NCBI GenBank assembly: GCA_937921475.1
Contig: CALFPG010000012.1
Coordinates: 202,648-266,647 of the forward strand
Source of the DNA: an uncultured Candidatus Saccharibacteria bacterium
GTDB taxonomy: Bacteria; Patescibacteriota; Saccharimonadia; Saccharimonadales; Saccharimonadaceae
Direction of reading: 5' to 3'
Length of the DNA: 64,000 nucleotides
How positions within the stretch are numbered: the first letter of the stretch is position 1; every line of letters begins with the position of its first letter. The translations under genes and the position numbers were made by a program. The notes beneath the pieces were generated by a model. It saw nothing but the letters and a program-made list of their open reading frames with translations, did not search any database and had not been told where the DNA came from. Below, in pieces: positions 44,094-51,970 of the stretch.

Positions 44094-45272
44094 GTGAATG
44101 AACGACTAAGTAAACAATTAGACGAACAACCATACACATCATTTGATGATCGATATTTATCTGCTCAGCTATTAACTCCAAGAAGTGATATAGCAGAGAA
44201 AAGAGGTGTTAAGCGAGAACCCTTATTAGAGTCGGAGAAGCTTTGTGATATAAAAAATGTGTACGAAAAATCAGATAAGACGTTTGATGATATAGCAGAG
44301 GCCGCTAAATCTGTTGCAGAGCTTGTTTGCGAAACGCTTAATTTTAGGTCAACGGGTAATTTTTCAAGTCCGCTTGAAGCGGTAAATATTGCCAAAGACG
44401 AAGCTGCTAATTGTTATGGACATACAATCGTTGCGTCAGAATGTTTAGAAAAATTAGGAATTGAACATTTCATTAGTTACGCAAATCAGCATACATTCAT
44501 CACGCTATTTGATCGTAGTAGTGATAGGTCGTTTATAATAGATGTTTTGACGGAGGAGTTGCGCTGTGAGATGACTGACGCCATTGGCTTTGATGGAATA
44601 GATCCAGCTGAGCAGTTGTATTATGGTGAGCTCAGAGCTAATAGTACTTTATATACAGATTTATTATTGCAGAAATTACCCTCGTCCGTTAATAGAAGTG
44701 ATTTTGTAGCTCGACGAGAATGGTTGATGTTCTCGGATGGTATGAAATATCGAGATGGCTACGGAAGAAATGCACGACTACAGATGCTTACTCTGCCGTC
44801 CATTCCAGGTAGATTATTATTGCTAGATGAATATAATGCTCGAATTGATCAATTGAATGGGCGATATAAAGAGGCTGCGGATAAAATAGTAAACTTGTCT
44901 GGTATATATTTGGATGTTGATTCTCGGAATGATTTGAAAGAAGCGGATAAATTATGTAGAGAATTAATAAAACAAGGCAGTGGTGATTTGGCTATTCAAG
45001 TAGCGTCCGTGGTAAATGATAGTTTGCTGTCGGGAGATTCTTCAAAGAACAGACTGTTTCTTCCTGATGTTATGCGTAAAGTAGTTAAACATGATAGGGA
45101 TATTGACTTATTAAATGAGGCAATTAGGTTGTACAAGGAAATTATTAATAGTAAATCTAAGTATGATAGCTTGGCTATGGGGAAGTTAAGGGCTGCCGAA
45201 AAGTTGCTGAGGTCTATGAAGGCTGCTGGTGTGATTGTGCGCGATGCTACCTGTGATAAAATTAGTGAATAA
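44094..45272 (+). CDS. hypothetical protein, possible transglutaminase-like cysteine protease fold
   Basis: 392 aa from a GTG start. ANCYGHTIVASECLEKLGIEHFISYANQHTFITLFD resembles the Cys...His...Asp core spacing of transglutaminase-like enzymes. This is a weak call. Confidence 0.55.
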   Translation: MNERLSKQLDEQPYTSFDDRYLSAQLLTPRSDIAEKRGVKREPLLESEKLCDIKNVYEKSDKTFDDIAEAAKSVAELVCETLNFRSTGNFSSPLEAVNIAKDEAANCYGHTIVASECLEKLGIEHFISYANQHTFITLFDRSSDRSFIIDVLTEELRCEMTDAIGFDGIDPAEQLYYGELRANSTLYTDLLLQKLPSSVNRSDFVARREWLMFSDGMKYRDGYGRNARLQMLTLPSIPGRLLLLDEYNARIDQLNGRYKEAADKIVNLSGIYLDVDSRNDLKEADKLCRELIKQGSGDLAIQVASVVNDSLLSGDSSKNRLFLPDVMRKVVKHDRDIDLLNEAIRLYKEIINSKSKYDSLAMGKLRAAEKLLRSMKAAGVIVRDATCDKISE

Positions 45273-45299
45273 ATATATAATAAAAGGAGTTTTATAGTT

Positions 45300-45749
45300 A
45301 TGAAATCTTCAGAATCAACTAAAGGTTCGAAAGTATCAGCTAAGAAATTAGCTTCGAAGAGCGTAAAAGCCGCGGCGAAAGTTGCCGCTCTTAAGGAGAA
45401 GAAAATTGCGGGTACAGTGATAAAAGACACTCACATGGCTGGATTTGTTAATTTTATTCGCGAGCAGGGTGTTGTCGGTATGGCGGTTGGTTTGGCAATC
45501 GGTACCGCAGCTGGCGATACGGTTAAAAAGTTGGTGACGGCATTTGTTGACCCGTTAGTGCAGTTGATCGTTGGCTCTCAACAAGGATTGCAATCAGCTT
45601 CATTTACGGTTGAAATTGCTGGACGTAAAGGCGAGTTTTTATACGGCGCATTCGTTAGCTCGTTAATTACGTTGATAGCCGTTGCATTTGTTGTATATGC
45701 AATCATTCACTTCTTGAAACTCGATAAATTAGATAAGAAAAAAGACTAA
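45300..45749 (+). CDS. mscL: large-conductance mechanosensitive channel MscL with about 45-aa Lys/Ala-rich N-terminal extension
   Basis: FVNFIREQGVVGMAVGLAIGTAAGDTVKKLVTAFVDPLV matches the MscL TM1 region. AGGAG SD before ATG 45300. Confidence 0.8.
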   Translation: MKSSESTKGSKVSAKKLASKSVKAAAKVAALKEKKIAGTVIKDTHMAGFVNFIREQGVVGMAVGLAIGTAAGDTVKKLVTAFVDPLVQLIVGSQQGLQSASFTVEIAGRKGEFLYGAFVSSLITLIAVAFVVYAIIHFLKLDKLDKKKD

Positions 45750-45752
45750 ACC

Positions 45753-46457
45753 TTAACTAATAAGCGTGCCTACTGATTCTCCGCGGGTTGCGTGGAGAAT
45801 ATTTCCGTCTGTAAGCAAATCACAAATTACAACTGGAATGTGTTCATCCATAGCTAGTCCAATCGCCGCCTTATCCATAACGGCAATGTTAGGATTTGTC
45901 AGGGCTTCTTGGTAAGATAAATGATCAATTTTTACGGCGTCAGGGAATTTCATAGGATCTTTATCATAAACTCCGTCGACTTTCGTTGTTTTAATCACGG
46001 CGTCGCATTGCATTTCCAGTGCCAGATTTAACGCTGCAGTATCAGTAGTCAGAAACGGTCGGCCGGTGCCGCACGCCACAATAACAATGCGGTTTTTCTT
46101 AATATGGCTAATGGCGCGTCGGAAAGTATAGTGATCAATAAATTGATTGACTTCAACTGTGGACAATGCGCGAGTTGGCAATCCTGCGTCGTTCAATACG
46201 TCCGCCAGCGCAATGGCATTCATTAGCGTAGAAAGCATGCCGATATTATGAGCGGAAACAGGTTGAATTCCGTGACCGATGATTTGATTACCGCGAACGT
46301 AGTTGCCGCCGCCAACCATAATTACAATTTCAGCCCCGTCGTCCAGCGCTGGTCGAATTTGTTCAGCAATCCAGCGAGCGCGTTTTGGGTCAAAACCGCT
46401 GGTGAAATCGCCCTGAAGTTGTTCGCCGGAGAGTTTGAGGAGAATACGTTTGGTCAT
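45753..46457 (-). CDS. pyrH: UMP kinase
   Basis: ILLKLSGEQL..., MVGGGN, and a 234-aa amino-acid-kinase fold pattern. Confidence 0.92.
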   Translation of the reverse strand: MTKRILLKLSGEQLQGDFTSGFDPKRARWIAEQIRPALDDGAEIVIMVGGGNYVRGNQIIGHGIQPVSAHNIGMLSTLMNAIALADVLNDAGLPTRALSTVEVNQFIDHYTFRRAISHIKKNRIVIVACGTGRPFLTTDTAALNLALEMQCDAVIKTTKVDGVYDKDPMKFPDAVKIDHLSYQEALTNPNIAVMDKAAIGLAMDEHIPVVICDLLTDGNILHATRGESVGTLIS

Positions 46458-46528
46458 GACACCAGTGTATCATAGCGCGCTTGAAAATAACATAAATGCA
46501 AAAGGGAGGCGGCAGTGTAATACAAATT

Positions 46529-46587
46529 GCGATTTGCTATACAAATATTCGTTTTTTAAGTTAGACAAACTAGACAAGAAAAAGCTA
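46529..46587 (+). pseudogene. ghost fragment homologous to the 3' end of mscL
   Basis: 46552-46584 encodes FFKLDKLDKKK, against HFLKLDKLDKKKD at the real mscL end (45706-45749). The differences are mostly synonymous. It sits in the spacer upstream of the helicase. Confidence 0.55.
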
Positions 46588-46651
46588 AGACGCTTACGTT
46601 TGCTATTTTACTTTCTCCTATCTACAATGTGAGTATAAAGGAGAGAGTAGT

Positions 46652-49198
46652 GTGAAAGATGGAGTTCGGCGTCCGAGCTATTTACGTAGATCGCAAGAAC
46701 CTAGCAGTAGTCATTTATTGAGTCGAAATATTGAAAGACCCAGTCAACCGTCGTATAGTTATGGTGAACCGCCCGAACAGAGGCGACAGCGTTTAAAAGA
46801 ATTGCGGGAACGGTACAGTAAACTACCGGAAACTCCTTTTGCTGACTATGATCTTGGTGGCAAAAAACTACCTGCATATAATCACAAAGCAGATATATTA
46901 GACACATTATCGAAAAGTAAAATATCCTGGCTGTGCGGACCGACGGGTAGTGGTAAAACGACACAAACCGCTCAGTATGCACTGGAGCGGTTTGATCGTG
47001 TCGTGGTGTTGATGCCGCGGCGGGTTATCGTCGATAATGTTACTGAATATGTCGAGAAGAGTTTGCGTGAACAGCTTGGCGAACAATATCCTAATCACTT
47101 GGTGGGCAAGATTCACGGACGTGCCACTGAAGCAACGCCGGACACTAGGCTCTGTTTCATGACTCCAGCAACGTTTACGAAAAAGCTGGAACAATTTTCT
47201 AGCGACTGGCAGGACGAGAAGACGCTTATCCTGGTTGATGAAATACATGAAGCCAATTTGGAGATGGAATTTGCTACCGCTCTGGCGACAAAATCGATAG
47301 AGAATACCGGCAAATGGCATATGGCTTTTTCTAGTGCCACGCCTGATACAGAAGTTTCTCAGGCGATGTACGAAGATATTAATGGGTCAGAACTACCAGT
47401 CGTAACCATTGAGGGTCGGCCGCATGATATTGATATTGAAGAAGATAAGGTGAATACCGTATCCGAAGCCTACCTTGAATATGGTAAGGACTCGAAAAAA
47501 TCACTAATCTTTGTTGAAGGTGTGAGGAGCATTGATGAGACCATTGCGTCAATCAAACGTCATACTCGCCATCAATCCGGGAAAATACGATTTTTCAAAC
47601 TACATTCTGGCATATCAGAAGCTGCGCGCCGAGAGATTTTTACTGCCAAACCAGCAGAAGATGAGTCGTTTGTCATCGTTTCGACCTCGGCTGGACAGTC
47701 TGGTATTACCATCCCTGAGGTCGATTTGGTGCTGTCAAATGGACTGACGAAGAGTAAAGAAATTGGTGAAGAGGGCACGGAGGGGTTGCCACCTCGATTG
47801 TGTACTCAAGCAGAGCTGATGCAACAGGCGGGGCGGGGCGGTCGTGATATTGATGGCGCTAAGTTTGTATTGGCTCGTCCGATATCTTACGATAAGATTT
47901 ATTTGCCAGATGAGCTGAAAGGATTTTATGATATTGCGTCCCGTGAACAGCATATTCCACCGGAGATATATCACACGAATATTGTGCGCAACGTTTTGTC
48001 GGCTATTCATCTGAATGGTGATTTTGAGGATCTGAACCGATACCTGATGCATCCTGTTGCTAGTAAAAAAGTTATTCAAGAGTCGTACGATTTGCTGGAA
48101 ACCCTGGAAGCAATTGATGGAGAGGGGCAGATCACAAAAATTGGTGAGTTTATGGATAGTTTACCATTGTCGCCAGAACTTTCTCGGTCATTAGCAGAAA
48201 TGATTAAGAATGGGGGAAGCTTACGTGAAGTGTTGGCATTATCGGCCATGGCAGCCTCCGTCTCGGGTGGTGGCTTTGCCGCCTGGCATCAACCAAAGGA
48301 ATTGTTCCAGGAATTTGTCAGCCCCGATACAACAGATGACTTTTTTGCCGAATACGATGCTTTTTTGAAAACCAGAGAGATTTATGACGGCTGTCGTACT
48401 GACAATGACGTCTACCTGACTAATGGTATTGATCCCAATAAGGCGGATAATATTCACTATCAATTTAGTAAAATATGTCGGCGCCTGTCGGTTAATCCAA
48501 ACGATATCGACATGGGTGAACTAAACAGCGAGGAAAAACACAATATATCGGTGGCTTTGGTGCGCGGGTTTCAGGAATTATTGTATACCAAAGCTGGTAG
48601 TCGGCGCATTGGACGAACAACAGTCAACCAATACACGAACATTCACACTGGTGAACGTGGTATTTCTGAGTATGAAATTAGTTCGCACAGCTTAGTGCGA
48701 CGTATGGGCTCGGAGGCGTTGACGTTAGTGCTGGCTTTACCGCGGTGGTATGATGCGCATGATGGTCGTCGATACACACTCAACACAATTTTACCAGTAA
48801 CCAAGAATCAAGTTGCTCAAGCCTTGAGTAGCAGCGCTGTGTCTGAATCCCTTGGTGATAGAGTTGCTCCTAATGGTGACTTGGTTCGTGTGACGCGGCC
48901 GGAAGTCGGCTCGCTGATACTCGGTCCAGAGCGGCAGCAAAAAATCCCCGCCATAACAGATGAGCAAATCGCGCTGATAGTGGACGCAATGAAAAATAAG
49001 GCTAATAAACAAGTAAGAGTATTGTTTGATTTACAACATCAGCGAGTTATCACCAAGGGTCAATTGCATCAGGTCCTAGACGGGTCTGCGGTAAATAGTC
49101 ACAATGTCCATGAGGCGGAGGCTAAGGTTTGGGCTGAAGTGCAGAATGTGTTAACGAGTGAGCAGCAAGAAGCTTTTTATGGTCAGATAAACAGATAA
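46652..49198 (+). CDS. DEAH-box (HrpA/HrpB-like) ATP-dependent helicase
   Basis: GTG start with an AAGGAGAG SD. Motifs GPTGSGKTTQ, VDEIHE, SATP, TSAGQSGITIPEVDLV and QQAGRGGR. 848 aa. Confidence 0.85.
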   Translation: MKDGVRRPSYLRRSQEPSSSHLLSRNIERPSQPSYSYGEPPEQRRQRLKELRERYSKLPETPFADYDLGGKKLPAYNHKADILDTLSKSKISWLCGPTGSGKTTQTAQYALERFDRVVVLMPRRVIVDNVTEYVEKSLREQLGEQYPNHLVGKIHGRATEATPDTRLCFMTPATFTKKLEQFSSDWQDEKTLILVDEIHEANLEMEFATALATKSIENTGKWHMAFSSATPDTEVSQAMYEDINGSELPVVTIEGRPHDIDIEEDKVNTVSEAYLEYGKDSKKSLIFVEGVRSIDETIASIKRHTRHQSGKIRFFKLHSGISEAARREIFTAKPAEDESFVIVSTSAGQSGITIPEVDLVLSNGLTKSKEIGEEGTEGLPPRLCTQAELMQQAGRGGRDIDGAKFVLARPISYDKIYLPDELKGFYDIASREQHIPPEIYHTNIVRNVLSAIHLNGDFEDLNRYLMHPVASKKVIQESYDLLETLEAIDGEGQITKIGEFMDSLPLSPELSRSLAEMIKNGGSLREVLALSAMAASVSGGGFAAWHQPKELFQEFVSPDTTDDFFAEYDAFLKTREIYDGCRTDNDVYLTNGIDPNKADNIHYQFSKICRRLSVNPNDIDMGELNSEEKHNISVALVRGFQELLYTKAGSRRIGRTTVNQYTNIHTGERGISEYEISSHSLVRRMGSEALTLVLALPRWYDAHDGRRYTLNTILPVTKNQVAQALSSSAVSESLGDRVAPNGDLVRVTRPEVGSLILGPERQQKIPAITDEQIALIVDAMKNKANKQVRVLFDLQHQRVITKGQLHQVLDGSAVNSHNVHEAEAKVWAEVQNVLTSEQQEAFYGQINR

Positions 49199-49217
49199 CG
49201 AGTGTACAATAGATAGT

Positions 49218-49287
49218 ATGAGTAAGGCGAAAAAATATTATGGATCGACCTGGAGATGACTGGACTAGATCCAGTGCGTGATGAGAG
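49218..49287 (+). pseudogene. ghost fragment of the orn 5' end (with its -10 box), frameshifted
   Basis: 49241-49286 matches orn 50456-50501 at 41 of 46 positions by my manual alignment. It encodes (K)ILWIDLEMTGLDPVRDE in a frame offset from its ATG 49218. TACAAT lies 7 nt upstream, mirroring the orn promoter. Confidence 0.7.
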
Positions 49288-49298
49288 GATTCCTTTGA

Positions 49299-49327
49299 TT
49301 GACTTTTTAAATTGTTTATGCTATAAT
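49299..49327 (+). promoter_or_regulatory. near-consensus promoter TTGACT-17-(TGc)TATAAT ending 7 nt before ATG 49335
   Basis: Reads ttgactttttaaattgtttatgctataat, then agtgatt, then ATG. Confidence 0.55.
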
Positions 49328-49334
49328 AGTGATT

Positions 49335-50410
49335 ATGGAAAAATTAAGCCCGACTCCGAGTGATATAGAGGCGAAGATGCATCAACCTTGCGCCTTGCAA
49401 GTGCTTGATAGCGGCGAGCGCTGCGTAGAATTTGGAGGAATTAGCTGCCAGCTGAAATATTATGATTGCGAGCAACCTGGCAACCCGGAAGCTCGCTGCA
49501 ATGAAATATATGAATATAAATTACCTGCCGATGCTATTGAGCGGGCTAATTTGGGTTTTGATCTAGACGAACTACCGTCATTTATTGGTGTAAAGGGTGG
49601 GGCGGCTCGTCAGGTTTTGGAGTCTCTAGTTCATAGCGACCGTCAGTTACCGCCTCCTCGCGATGTCGATTTGGTAATTTTAGAAGAAGTTATTGCTAGT
49701 GGCGATTATGATCCAGATGAGATTCGGGCGGTAGCGAGCGATCTTTCAATGCGTTTTTCGCCACGTGATGCAATGAATGGCTATGGCGCGGAGTCTGTAC
49801 AATCTACTGCCGAGTTTATGAGGCGGCATGATTTTACAATCAATCAAGTGCTCATACACAAGAACAACGGTGCTTGGAGGCTATTGGCTAGCACTCAAGC
49901 AGTGTTGGATACTGCTGAGCATATTATTAGACCGACAGTTTTTGAACACGACATTGATTATGGCTATCGAATTGGCAATAAATTAGCCCTCAAGGCAGTG
50001 AGGCTTCTGTCTGATATGCAAGTTCAGGGGATTGACTATGCAACCATCAAGAGTGTTCATTGCCAGATGATATTTATGGTGATCCAAGGGGTGATTATTT
50101 CATGCAAGCGCTACAGCTAGATAAGGCGTTAGAAGTCAGCGACGAATTGGCCGAACGCTATGTGGAAAATCTAAAGTTTTATGGAATGATACCGTATGGT
50201 TGTGAAGATATGAGTGCTATTGAGATGTATTATTATCTAGTGAATGAGACGAATTTTGTCCCGTCTGATGGTGTGCTTGAATCCCTTCGGATTGAAAGAG
50301 AAAATCGCCTGAAGCTTGGTGGTGCGGCAAAGTTTGATGACGTTGTTGAAAGGCTATTAAGACAGGTGCCAGAGCGGTTTTCTCGAGATTACTACGATGC
50401 CAAAAAGTAG
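49335..50410 (+). pseudogene. class II nucleotidyltransferase (CCA-adding enzyme / poly(A) polymerase head-domain)-like gene split by a frameshift
   Basis: ORFs 49329..50120 and 50060..50410 overlap by 61 nt in different frames. Motifs are GVKGGAARQVL...RDVDLVIL (GGxxR..DxD) and RRHDFTINQV (RRDFTIN-like). The second frame is open from 50036. Confidence 0.6.
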
Positions 50411-50422
50411 TATAATAAAGAT

Positions 50423-50974
50423 ATGAAAGCAAGTTTTAAGCCGAAAAAGATTTTGTGGGTGGATTTGGAGATGACTGGACTAAATCCAGTGCGTGATGAG
50501 ATTTTGGAAGTGGCGGCAATTGTGACTGATTGGGATTTTAAGGAGATTGCGACGTATGAAGGAATTGTGCGCCACGATTCGGAAAAGTTGGCTAAGTTGT
50601 TGGACCGAAATGCTGGTTTTTGGAATGAGCATCCGGAAGCGCGACGTGGACTGGAGGAGCAGAATGAATCGGGCAAACCTTTGGCGGAAATAGAACGCGA
50701 ATTGTTGGCGTTTTGTGATGAGCATTTTGCAGGCGAGACGAAGATTTTGTTAGCGGGCAATTCAATCCATCAAGATAGGCGATTTATTGACCAATGGTGG
50801 CCAACGTTGTCAAAAAGACTACATTATCGTGTGCTGGATGTGAGTGCATGGAAGGTGGTGTTTGAAGGTAAATACGGTAAGAAATTCGCCAAGCCAGAAG
50901 ATCATCGAGCGCTGGAAGACATCCGCGGCAGCATTATGGAACTTGAATATTATTTGAAAAAGGTAAAGGTATGA
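50423..50974 (+). CDS. orn: oligoribonuclease
   Basis: ILWVDLEMTGLNPVRDEILEVAAIVTD, NSIHQDRRFI and HYRVLDVS (DEDDh exonuclease motifs). TATAAT lies 6 nt before the ATG. Confidence 0.9.
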   Translation: MKASFKPKKILWVDLEMTGLNPVRDEILEVAAIVTDWDFKEIATYEGIVRHDSEKLAKLLDRNAGFWNEHPEARRGLEEQNESGKPLAEIERELLAFCDEHFAGETKILLAGNSIHQDRRFIDQWWPTLSKRLHYRVLDVSAWKVVFEGKYGKKFAKPEDHRALEDIRGSIMELEYYLKKVKV

Positions 50975-51309
50975 CACATAAACAATTTGAAGAATTTATC
51001 CTAAGCTTGCCGGGTGTGTGGCTGGATTATCCGTTTGGCGAGGATGTCGCGGTATATAAATTTGGTAGAGATAATGACGGTGCAGGGAAAATGGTAGCAT
51101 TGGTGACGGAAGGCTCAAAGCCGCTCAGAGTAAGCTTAAAATGTGATCCGTTGTTGGCGCAGAATTTACGAGAAAAATACGAAACGGTTTTACCGGGCTA
51201 TCACTTAAACAAGAAACATTGGAATACAATTATTTGTTCAGGTCAATTAACTGACGAAGAGGTATTTGATTTGGCGAGGCTGAGCTATCGATTAGTCTCA
51301 GAGGCTTAA
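50971..51309 (+). CDS. MmcQ/YjbR-family protein
   Basis: LPGVWLDYPFGEDVAVYKFG...LNKKHWNTI fits the family pattern. Its start overlaps the orn stop. Confidence 0.7.
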   Translation: MTHKQFEEFILSLPGVWLDYPFGEDVAVYKFGRDNDGAGKMVALVTEGSKPLRVSLKCDPLLAQNLREKYETVLPGYHLNKKHWNTIICSGQLTDEEVFDLARLSYRLVSEA

Positions 51310-51935
51310 TCTGCTTTAATAATTTGATTGATCTGCTTCTGGATATTCTCTAAGTCGCCAGCAGTTTTTACTAGCCATTCGCGCATCTTTTTTGACTTGG
51401 TGGACTTGTATACCTTTTTCATCATGTTGATCGTATCTGTTATTTGCACATTCATCTCATGGGCATAGGTAATATCCAATTGCGCGTTCAGAAGGGCTTC
51501 GTCCAATTTTTTCTCTAATTTTTCTGATGGATCTAGAGCGAGAATGTCCTTCTGTTTCTCCTTATAATTGATGCCGGTTGCTTGAAGCGCTTCGCCCATT
51601 GAGGCATTCGCAGTGGTCAGCACTGCAACCAGAGAACTATTGGTGGTTTGTAAGCTGGTCGAGCGGAACTTATTATTGTATTTTTTGGAAATAGTGAGTA
51701 ACTTATTAACACGTGATGCAACTTGTGACGGATTAGTATTTGGCATAGAATCTTGCGAAAAAACGAATATCGCAATTAGGGTTATTAGACCGATAAAACT
51801 CAAAATAGCGATGATGATTTTGGTCTTTTTATCAAAACCTTCCGCTGGCGGAGGCGTGGCAATTTGATTCAGATAATCGATACCTTGAGGTTGGTTATTC
51901 AAATTGTCAGGATACATATTTCTATTTAACCACAA
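51306..51935 (-). CDS. hypothetical membrane-anchored protein
   Basis: 209-aa ORF with one TM helix (IIIAILSFIGLITLIAIFVF) and a helical C-terminal domain. Confidence 0.55.
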   Translation of the reverse strand: MWLNRNMYPDNLNNQPQGIDYLNQIATPPPAEGFDKKTKIIIAILSFIGLITLIAIFVFSQDSMPNTNPSQVASRVNKLLTISKKYNNKFRSTSLQTTNSSLVAVLTTANASMGEALQATGINYKEKQKDILALDPSEKLEKKLDEALLNAQLDITYAHEMNVQITDTINMMKKVYKSTKSKKMREWLVKTAGDLENIQKQINQIIKAD

Positions 51936-51955
51936 ACAATAACAGAGGTAAAGAG

Positions 51956-51964
51956 TGATATAAT
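51956..51964 (+). promoter_or_regulatory. extended -10 element TGaTATAAT 6 nt before dnaG ATG
   Basis: Reads gagTGaTATAATaaaaatATG. No SD. Confidence 0.5.
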
Positions 51965-51970
51965 AAAAAT

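Noticed and set aside
46435-46632. A 65-aa plus-strand ORF in the pyrH-helicase spacer.
   Set aside because: It starts inside pyrH on the opposite strand and has no SD. Its only meaningful segment is the mscL-tail ghost, so I treat it as non-coding remnant sequence.
41131-49360. Similar peptide strings KFSPTPEE (mini-ORF at 41116) and KLSPTPSD (N-terminus of the nucleotidyltransferase-like gene at 49335).
   Set aside because: Only 5-6 residues match, there is no DNA-level repeat, and the surrounding context is unrelated. Most likely coincidence.
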